Shown here piece after piece: positions 57,136 to 64,000 of a DNA stretch of 64,000 nucleotides; the stretch's first letter is position 1; the number at the start of each line of letters is the position of its first letter. The notes below the pieces were generated by a model. The model saw only the letters and a list, made by a program, of their open reading frames with translations, ran no database searches and had not been told where the DNA came from. Where the stretch lies: the NCBI GenBank assembly GCA_047285305.1, contig JBJBDL010000003.1, positions 1,664,001-1,728,000 of the forward strand, given 5' to 3'. The position numbers and the translations under genes were made by a program. This stretch comes from Synechococcus sp. GTDB taxonomy: Bacteria > Cyanobacteriota > Cyanobacteriia > PCC-6307 > Cyanobiaceae.

Positions 57136-58707
57136 TCAGAACACAAATGTCGTTTTGATCAGGCCGCCCAGTTGCTGGAAGGTTGAACCCTCCGGTGTGA
57201 GCTCACCCATCGGTCGCGACAGATAGAACAGCGCCGGGGTGATGCTGATGTTGTCGGTCACTTGGAACTGATACCACCACTCCCAGATGAACTGACCATC
57301 AGCAGGGGTGTCGCCACCACGAAGATCGGTCGCAAAAACGGGCTGGCCCACAGCCATTCCGGCGTTGTTCCCCGCCGCCAACACATCGTTCCACTGCAGC
57401 CCAGCCCTCCAGGACTGACTGGTTCTCACCTGGCCTTCGCGCTGGGTGTCGGACTGATTGATGCCCCAACCGAGCGACAGCGATGGAAGCCAGCCGCTCT
57501 CCAGTGGCTGCCAGAAAGCACCCAGGGCATAGGCGTGAGTCACGCCCAGATCACTGAAGCGATCCTTGACGAAGGGCGTGGCGTAGACGATCAGGTCTTG
57601 ACCGTTCTGAGCCTTGGAATACAGAGCAGCAACGCCCCAGTTGTCACCCTCCCAACCCAGCTGCAGGGTGCCGGTGCCTCCCGCCTCGTCAGTGGCGAAA
57701 CCACCGGAACGGGTGTCGCTTGATGCACCATTGGCCGCCACATAGTTGGCCGACGCGCGGGCTCCGTTTTCGGCTGCCCAGCTGATGCCCACGCCCGCAC
57801 CTTTGTTTTTGTTGTAGGCCCCCGGCGCTCCATTCACCGTGAGCACATCGAGAATCGGATCACTGGGATAGATGCTCGGCCAGATCGCGAGCATGTCTTC
57901 CTGGCCAACAATCGGGCCGGTGGTGATGGTGACCTCATCCCCCAGCGGGAAGGAATAGAAGAGTTTGTCGATCGCCACCAGATTGGGGCTATCACCCTCC
58001 TGAAACGCCGTTTCCAGAGTGGCGAGGACAGAGGGCCCTCCACTGCCGAAAACGTTGCCGTCTCCATCGAAATTGCCGCCACGCAACACCGTGGTCAATT
58101 GATCCTTGCCGGTGAAGGAGGTCGCCAACCCCAGCTGAAGGTCGTAGTTGAAGGTGGTGCCGCCCAACGCTTCATTGCTCTCCGAACGCAGCCGGGATGC
58201 AGAACCCTTGAAGCGGCTGGCTCCGAACACCCAGGTGGCTTGTCCCTTGAGCTTGGTGGTGGTGGAGAACTGGGTGGCTTCCAGTTCGCCGACGCGGGCC
58301 TCGAGGCCGTCAACGCGACCCTTGAGGATGGCCAGCTCGGTTTCGAATTCCTTGAGCAGGCGACGCAGCTCGTCGGTCACTTCGGCGATCCGGTCGAGGC
58401 AAGCGTTCAGCAGAGCAGCCGCTTCATAGCGGGTCATCGCCCAGTTGCCACGGAAGGTACCGTTGGGATAACCAGCGACGCAGCCGTAGGTCTCCACCAG
58501 GTTGGCCAGAGCCTGATAGGCCCAGTCGGTGGGGTAGACGTCGGAGAACTGGGTGACGCTGGTGACCTGATCAGCGGAAGCCGCGTAATCAGAAATGGCG
58601 TTGATGTTCAGCTCGGCGGCATTGGCTGCTGGGCTGTTGACAACAGCCAAAGTGTCCAGAAGGCCAAAGGCAGCAGGAGCCACCAGCAGTTGCTGGATAA
58701 ACGTCAT
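57136..58707 (-). CDS. Second SLH-domain outer membrane porin
   Basis: Same SLH/FSTTTKL N-terminus as 42075, divergent barrel, ends KTTFVF. Confidence 0.93.
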   Translation of the reverse strand: MTFIQQLLVAPAAFGLLDTLAVVNSPAANAAELNINAISDYAASADQVTSVTQFSDVYPTDWAYQALANLVETYGCVAGYPNGTFRGNWAMTRYEAAALLNACLDRIAEVTDELRRLLKEFETELAILKGRVDGLEARVGELEATQFSTTTKLKGQATWVFGASRFKGSASRLRSESNEALGGTTFNYDLQLGLATSFTGKDQLTTVLRGGNFDGDGNVFGSGGPSVLATLETAFQEGDSPNLVAIDKLFYSFPLGDEVTITTGPIVGQEDMLAIWPSIYPSDPILDVLTVNGAPGAYNKNKGAGVGISWAAENGARASANYVAANGASSDTRSGGFATDEAGGTGTLQLGWEGDNWGVAALYSKAQNGQDLIVYATPFVKDRFSDLGVTHAYALGAFWQPLESGWLPSLSLGWGINQSDTQREGQVRTSQSWRAGLQWNDVLAAGNNAGMAVGQPVFATDLRGGDTPADGQFIWEWWYQFQVTDNISITPALFYLSRPMGELTPEGSTFQQLGGLIKTTFVF

Positions 58708-58719
58708 GACTGGGAAGAG

Positions 58720-58750
58720 AAAAAAAAACCCCAGAGGTGATCCCTGGGGT
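58720..58750 (-). terminator. Terminator-like hairpin between hupE and the porin
   Basis: ACCCCAG-loop-CTGGGGT plus T-run about 12 nt before the porin ATG. Confidence 0.7.
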
Positions 58751-58778
58751 CAGAAGCTGTGAGACGGGGTGCTGGTGA

Positions 58779-59411
58779 TCAGTCGATCAGGGCAACCCAG
58801 GCAAAGGCCATGCCGATGCCCATCCAGATGCCGGCACCAAGCCGTTGACCCTGGGAGCCGAGGCGCTCAACCAGAGACCTGGACCAGTTGCTCACCACCA
58901 GCAGCAGTGCGCCTTGGCCAATCAGCAGGCCCAGGAAATAGGTGAACAACGGGGTTGGTTCCGCACCGACGATGGTGCTACCAAGAAGAAAACCGTGCAG
59001 AGCCACCAGGGGCAGCAACCAACGGGTGGAGGCCACGGTGAGAGCCATCAAACCCTCCACCACCAGGCTGAAGGAGACCATGGCCTCCGCCCAGGGAGCC
59101 ACGGCATCCGGCAGGGGGATGAACTGCGACAGAACACTGCCGCCCAGGCCAGCAGCCAGCAGAGGAATCACCCAGGCGCGGGGACGTTGCAGGCCGATGA
59201 AGGCGATGGCCAACAGAAACAGGAGATGGTCAGGACCCAGTAGCGGGTGACCAACGCCACTGAGCAATCCCTGCAGGGGGGTGAGGGCAGCGCTGTCGCC
59301 CATGCCAAAGGGGTGGTGGGCGAACGCTGGACTAGCCAGAAGAAGAACCGCCAGAAGCGAAGGGCCGGCGATCTGCAGCGGCCTGCGCAGGGCCAGTGGC
59401 AAAGAATTCAA
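58779..59411 (-). CDS. hupE: HupE/UreJ family Co/Ni transporter
   Basis: AFAHHP, GHPLLGPDHL and LHG motifs; TTG start at 59411. Confidence 0.9.
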   Translation of the reverse strand: MNSLPLALRRPLQIAGPSLLAVLLLASPAFAHHPFGMGDSAALTPLQGLLSGVGHPLLGPDHLLFLLAIAFIGLQRPRAWVIPLLAAGLGGSVLSQFIPLPDAVAPWAEAMVSFSLVVEGLMALTVASTRWLLPLVALHGFLLGSTIVGAEPTPLFTYFLGLLIGQGALLLVVSNWSRSLVERLGSQGQRLGAGIWMGIGMAFAWVALID

Positions 59412-59432
59412 AAGTCGATCCTCGTCGGTTTG

Positions 59433-59556
59433 ATCTGGCGGGCGTTCTGACTGACGTGGGCGGAGAGCCGACGTTTCACAGCTGCGGGACAGCGGCAGAT
59501 TTTCACTGCTCTTTCCCCGTTTCCTCCAGCGGCTGTTCCCCGCTGAAACCAGCACA
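59433..59556 (-). ncRNA. Cobalamin riboswitch
   Basis: GGGGAAAG..GTGAAAATC..GCTGTCCCGCAGCTGT..AGTCAGAA B12-box elements directly upstream of hupE. Confidence 0.92.
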
Positions 59557-59595
59557 CCACCCTACCGGCGCTTGGCCATCGCTTCAGACCAGGGC

Positions 59596-59847
59596 TTATT
59601 CAGCCTGTGGTGATGCATCGGCAAGGTCGGTGGTGTGGAAATTCCAGCGATCACCGTCCTCCAGCCAGAGCTCCCAAGCCAGGTGACGGCCGCTCCGTTT
59701 CAGTCGCAGCTGGCCACCAAAACCCGCCGGAGAAGGCTGATAAAGCTCGGTGATGTCGTCAACAGGGGCTCCATCCCGACTGAACACCTGCTCCACCTGC
59801 TCACCAAGCCGGGCCGTCAAGTCGCTGCACAGCTCATCAACCGTCAC
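59596..59847 (-). CDS. Hypothetical protein
   Basis: 83 aa, coupled to its upstream neighbour. Confidence 0.7.
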   Translation of the reverse strand: MTVDELCSDLTARLGEQVEQVFSRDGAPVDDITELYQPSPAGFGGQLRLKRSGRHLAWELWLEDGDRWNFHTTDLADASPQAE

Positions 59848-60152
59848 GCAGGCTGACTCGAGAAATCGAGCACCAAATCGCCGACGTCATCCCGGCTGAT
59901 CTGAAATCCGAAGCCATCAACGGTGCCGGTCCACAGGCCTGCATCGAGATCCGCTTCGATCCCCTCCAGCTGCTCCACCTTGTGATCAAAGAGCAGGCCG
60001 AAGCAATGGGCGGCGACCTGCGCGGCCTGGGACGCATCCATTTCATCGAGTTCGTGGGCTTCCACCGGACACCCATCGAGCAGTTCTGCATCAATGACGT
60101 TGCCGGACCCGACGTCCTCCACAAGAGCTTGCAAGCCAGCCAGATCGTTCAT
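59844..60152 (-). CDS. Acidic hypothetical protein
   Basis: 102 aa ORF. Confidence 0.7.
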   Translation of the reverse strand: MNDLAGLQALVEDVGSGNVIDAELLDGCPVEAHELDEMDASQAAQVAAHCFGLLFDHKVEQLEGIEADLDAGLWTGTVDGFGFQISRDDVGDLVLDFSSQPA

Positions 60153-60185
60153 TGCCTTCGCTTTTGAGCAACACACGCAACACCA

Positions 60186-60890
60186 TCATCCCTGGGCCAG
60201 AGCGGTGGTGAGGGCCGTGTCCACGCTCAAGGTGCGCGATCCCAGATGCACGGGCTGCGCGATCACCGCCTGGGCCAACTCCAGTTCAAACGGCACAAAA
60301 CCACCCTCCGGCCCCACCATCACTACAGCGGCCCCCGCTGGGGTGTCACGTAACGGGAGGGAGGCCCCCATCTGGGCCATCCAGCAGGGCCGACCGGCAC
60401 AAAGATCCTTGAGCTGGTCTTCGACAAAGGGTCGAAAGCGCCTGTGTTGATGCACCCGGGGTGCCACCGTGTCGCTGGCGCGCTCCATCCCCGCCAGCAG
60501 GGCATCGTGCACCTTCTCGGGTGTGAGCAAAGGCGATTGCCAATAGCTCTTTTCAACCCGGGCGCAGTTGATCAGGTGAAGGTTGGCCACCCCGTATTCG
60601 GCCACGGTTCGGAACAGACGGCGCAGCACCTTGGGCCTCGGCAAGGCCAGAACAATGTCAAACCGATGGCGAGGCTGAGGTGGCTGGTTGAGGTCCACCT
60701 CCAGCACCACTGCATCTACATCCAGGGCACAGATGCGGCCCTGGCCAAGATCGCCATTCAGCTCACCAACCCGGATGCTGTCGCCCACCGCAGCCCGAAG
60801 CACCGAACGGATGTGATCCGCCCGGCGATCCACAAGACGAACCTTCCGTTCATCCAGCCAATCCGAACGGTTGAGAACAACGATGTTCAT
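60186..60890 (-). CDS. rsmE: 16S rRNA (uracil1498-N3)-methyltransferase
   Basis: HIRSVLR, EYGV, VGPEGGF and LGSRTLSVDTA SPOUT motifs. Confidence 0.92.
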   Translation of the reverse strand: MNIVVLNRSDWLDERKVRLVDRRADHIRSVLRAAVGDSIRVGELNGDLGQGRICALDVDAVVLEVDLNQPPQPRHRFDIVLALPRPKVLRRLFRTVAEYGVANLHLINCARVEKSYWQSPLLTPEKVHDALLAGMERASDTVAPRVHQHRRFRPFVEDQLKDLCAGRPCWMAQMGASLPLRDTPAGAAVVMVGPEGGFVPFELELAQAVIAQPVHLGSRTLSVDTALTTALAQG

Positions 60891-60971
60891 GGCTGGATCT
60901 CTGGGATCAACAGCACGCCGTCACTAATAGATCCGTTAGTTCAGCACAACTATCCCCGCGGCCCACAATCC

Positions 60972-61277
60972 TCAGCAGTGTTCGAACACCCCGGGGATCA
61001 ACTCCCGCTCGCGGCGAGCCTGAAACTCAGCGTCGGCAGCACGCAGCGCCGCGGGATCATCCTGAAACCAGCAGCCATAGAGAAGATTCAGGATCCGATC
61101 AACATCGAGATCACGATCAGCCACGTCCTGCCACAAGCGTTGGCTTAATTCGGCATCAGCCAGCTGAAATTGAGCCTGGGCCAGACGTCGGGCTGCGTCG
61201 AAATGGACCTGTTGCAACTGCCGCGACGGTGAGTCGTACTGAAGCAACCGTCCCTGGATCGTTTGAAGCAAACCCAT
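60972..61277 (-). CDS. Hypothetical protein
   Basis: 101 aa helical ORF. Confidence 0.7.
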   Translation of the reverse strand: MGLLQTIQGRLLQYDSPSRQLQQVHFDAARRLAQAQFQLADAELSQRLWQDVADRDLDVDRILNLLYGCWFQDDPAALRAADAEFQARRERELIPGVFEHC

Positions 61278-61383
61278 GCCATCAGCTTTGCTGCATTCAG
61301 ATTGAATCCGCAGATGCCGATCGACAATGAGTCGTCATGCTGGTTTTCAAACTGCAGCCCTAAAGCAGATCACCAGAAAGCGA

Positions 61384-61686
61384 TCAACACTGATCAAATC
61401 CCAACAAGATCCTGTCCTGCAAGCCAGCGTGATTGAGGCCAGGACGGTGCAATTGCAGGGCCGGAAGAAGATCGAGCACAAGATTGTTGGCCCGGCGGGA
61501 TTCAAAGCAAACTCCAACGCGATCCCCCACGGAACGGGCTAGACGGATCTGATCCATCGCCAGCTGCAACTGGAACACCTGCTGGTCAAGGCTTCTGGAA
61601 TGGGCAGCCCCGTTGAGGCTGCAGCCCAGCAGCACGCTCAACCACCAACCCTGTGATCGCATCGGCATCACACCACCAGAAGGCAT
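61384..61686 (-). CDS. Secreted hypothetical protein
   Basis: Signal-like N-terminus, Cys pair. Confidence 0.6.
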   Translation of the reverse strand: MPSGGVMPMRSQGWWLSVLLGCSLNGAAHSRSLDQQVFQLQLAMDQIRLARSVGDRVGVCFESRRANNLVLDLLPALQLHRPGLNHAGLQDRILLGFDQC

Positions 61687-61692
61687 CCCCCC

Positions 61693-64000
61693 TCAACGTC
61701 CCATGCCGCCTCCCCCTGGAGTGAGCATGCGAATGGCCTCACCCGCCTGGAGCTCCAATTGCACAGTACCGGGCAGGGGATGGGCCACCCCCTCACGGTC
61801 CAGCCGCAGGTTCTCGCCACAGGCACCGCTGGTCCCACCGTTGAGACCGAACGGGGCTACCTGCCGCGAGCCACTGATCAGCGAGACACTCATCGGCTCG
61901 AGGAAACGGATCGTGCGCTCCAAGCCGTCGCCCCCGGGCCACCGACCCTGGCCGCCACTGCCGGAGCGCACCGCGAAGGATTCCAAGCGCACCGGATAAA
62001 GGCTCTCCAACACCTCGGGATCCGTCAGCCTCGAGTTGGTCATGTGGGACTGCAGCCCCACCGATCCGGCAAAGCCCTCACCCGCACCGCCTCCACCGGC
62101 CACTGTTTCGTAGTACTGGCAGCGGCCATTGCCGAAGCTGACGTTGTTCATCGTTCCCTGGCCGGCCGCCTGGGCGCCAAAGGCAGCGAAAAGCAGATTG
62201 CAGAGGGCCTGAGACACCTCCACGTTGCCGGCCACCACAGCGGCGGGGCGCCGCGGATTCAACAGACAGCCCTCCGGCACGACCAGATCGAGCGGCGCGA
62301 AACAACCCTCGTTCAAGGGAATGTCGCTGTCGAGGAGACAACGGATCACGTACAGCACGGCCGCCCGCGTCACCGCCAGGGGGGCATTGAAATTGCCCGG
62401 CCGTTGCGGCGATGTTCCGCTGAAATCCAAACGTAACCGTTGGCGTTGCGGATCAAGGCTCACCTGCACCACCAGGCGGGAACCGTCATCAAAGTCCAAC
62501 TGATTCCGGGCGTCCGTTAGGCGCAACAGCAGCCGTTGAACACTGCGGGCTGCGTCCTGCTGCAGCAAGGTCATCTGACGTTGCACCAGGGTCTGCCCCT
62601 CCCGCTCCACGAGGGATTGGAGCGCCACAATGCCCGCCTGATTGGCCGCCACCTGCGCCTGCAGGTCGGCCAGCAGTTCCGGAGGGTTGCGGGGCGGCGT
62701 CGCCATGCCGCTCCACACCGCTTCAAAATCGGCGGCGAGAACCCGGCCCTGGCGCACGAACAGCTGGTTACGCAGCAGCAGCCCCTCATCGTCGATAGTG
62801 CGGCTGAAGGACGGCATCGACCCGGGAGCGATGCCACCCACATCGGCGTGATGGCCACGACTGGCTACAAAGAAGCTGGGCTGATCCCCATTGCAGAACA
62901 CCGGCGAGATGGCGGTGATGTCGGGCAGGTGGGTGCCGCCATGAAAAGGGTCGTTGCTGAGCAGCGTGTCGCCAGGCTGCAGCGGTGCGACATCACCATT
63001 CGCTACCTGGGCCAGCAGGTCGCGCACGCTGTCGCCCATCGATCCGAGGTGCACAGGAATGTGGGGAGCGTTGGCAACCAGGGCACCCGTGGCATCGAAC
63101 AACGCACAGGAGAAATCCAGGCGCTCGCGGATGTTCACGGAGCGACTGCTCAGCCGCAGCTGTTCCCCCATCTGTTCAGCGATCGCCATGAAGCGGTGGC
63201 GAAACAGTTCCGCCTGCAACGGGTCGCGGTCACCGGCCTGCGCGAGTGGCGGTGATCCGTCTGCAAGGTGCGAGCACTCCAGCAACAGCGTGCCCCCCTC
63301 CGCTACCCGGGCCTGCCAGCCCGGCTCCAGCACCGTGCAGCCCGTGGCTTCTGCGATCAGAGCCGGGCCTGCAATCCGCTTATTCAGTGGCAGAGCACTG
63401 CGGTTCAGCAACGGAACCTGCGTCCAGCCGCTCGACTCAAGATACATCGACACCTGCGGCGATGGCTGCACCTCTGGCGTTGGTTCAGGCATCCCAGCTG
63501 TGGCATCAAACTGTTGGGGTGCTGTGACCTCAACATTGAGGTGTTCGACGAACAGGGCCTGATCGGCATCAATGCAGTAGCCGTAGCGTTGCTGATGGCT
63601 CGCCTGGAAAGCCGAGATCATGGCATCAACCCCCTGCCCTGCAGACCAGGTGAGCCCCAGGGTCTGCTCGGCAGAGGGATAACGCAGGGCCAGGCTGACC
63701 CAGACCTCCGACTCCCCCGAATCGGCATCAGCGCCATCCCCCTGGTGACGCAAGGTCTCCTGCGCTTCAGCCATCAGCCGCTCCACCTGATCCGGCAGGC
63801 CCGCCAACAGATCAGGCGAGAGGGCAGCACCGAGATACACCTGACGCCGACAGCGCTGGCGGGCCTGCCCCATCCCAAAGGCGGAGAGAACGCCGGCCAT
63901 GGGATGCAACAGCACCGTGTTCAGCCCCAGTTCATCCGCTAGCCGACAGGCGTGCTGACCACCAGCCCCCCCGTAGGCCACCAACACCCCGCCGCGAATG
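61693..64000 (-). CDS. Fused hydantoinase/5-oxoprolinase (5' part beyond the window)
   Basis: YGGAGGQHA, SVNIRERLDFSCA, HIPVHLGSM, GGTHLPD, YYETVAGG and TPGGGG. Confidence 0.93.
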   Translation of the reverse strand, partial: IRGGVLVAYGGAGGQHACRLADELGLNTVLLHPMAGVLSAFGMGQARQRCRRQVYLGAALSPDLLAGLPDQVERLMAEAQETLRHQGDGADADSGESEVWVSLALRYPSAEQTLGLTWSAGQGVDAMISAFQASHQQRYGYCIDADQALFVEHLNVEVTAPQQFDATAGMPEPTPEVQPSPQVSMYLESSGWTQVPLLNRSALPLNKRIAGPALIAEATGCTVLEPGWQARVAEGGTLLLECSHLADGSPPLAQAGDRDPLQAELFRHRFMAIAEQMGEQLRLSSRSVNIRERLDFSCALFDATGALVANAPHIPVHLGSMGDSVRDLLAQVANGDVAPLQPGDTLLSNDPFHGGTHLPDITAISPVFCNGDQPSFFVASRGHHADVGGIAPGSMPSFSRTIDDEGLLLRNQLFVRQGRVLAADFEAVWSGMATPPRNPPELLADLQAQVAANQAGIVALQSLVEREGQTLVQRQMTLLQQDAARSVQRLLLRLTDARNQLDFDDGSRLVVQVSLDPQRQRLRLDFSGTSPQRPGNFNAPLAVTRAAVLYVIRCLLDSDIPLNEGCFAPLDLVVPEGCLLNPRRPAAVVAGNVEVSQALCNLLFAAFGAQAAGQGTMNNVSFGNGRCQYYETVAGGGGAGEGFAGSVGLQSHMTNSRLTDPEVLESLYPVRLESFAVRSGSGGQGRWPGGDGLERTIRFLEPMSVSLISGSRQVAPFGLNGGTSGACGENLRLDREGVAHPLPGTVQLELQAGEAIRMLTPGGGGMGR

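Noticed and set aside
59412..59555. N-terminal extension of HupE in the ORF track
   Set aside because: Overlaps the cobalamin riboswitch; the real start is probably 59411
1..64000. Prophage, IS element or tRNA integration site
   Set aside because: No integrase, transposase, structural phage gene or tRNA recognised in the window

Overview
Marine picocyanobacterial chromosome segment, Synechococcus subcluster 5.1-like. That assignment is inferred from a phycoerythrin-type linker, NblA, IsiA, SLH porins with a Yfr1 target site and many picocyanobacteria-type small ORFs. Bases 1-37000 are a hypervariable region dense in tiny ORFs, paralogous microprotein families and pseudogenes. Recognisable genes there include sodC, rbp, a GT2 glycosyltransferase, SelO, TerB, AbrB, P450, a PE linker, nblA, LOG, PIN-PhoH, ggt, DoxX and a GNAT. 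Bases 37000-59600 form a metal/iron-stress island with several Fur-like boxes and AT-rich segments. It encodes a CobW-like GTPase plus two atypical metallophosphoesterases, metallothionein, two Crp regulators, two porins, PiuC, IdiA/FutA, ferritin, ferredoxin, an IsiC-like hydrolase, an NADPH-motif-lacking thioredoxin reductase, flavodoxin, an orphan L33, IsiA and a cobalamin-riboswitch HupE/porin unit. The window ends in rsmE and a truncated 5-oxoprolinase gene. The most striking unexplained elements are (i) a 3-4 copy array of a conserved multi-hairpin RNA-like element at about 51970-52890, (ii) a Cys-ligand metallophosphoesterase/pseudo-enzyme/GTPase operon, and (iii) a possible iron-free flavodoxin-to-flavin-thioredoxin-reductase module. 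No tRNA, rRNA, CRISPR array or transposase was seen. All family calls are by eye from motifs; no database search was run.
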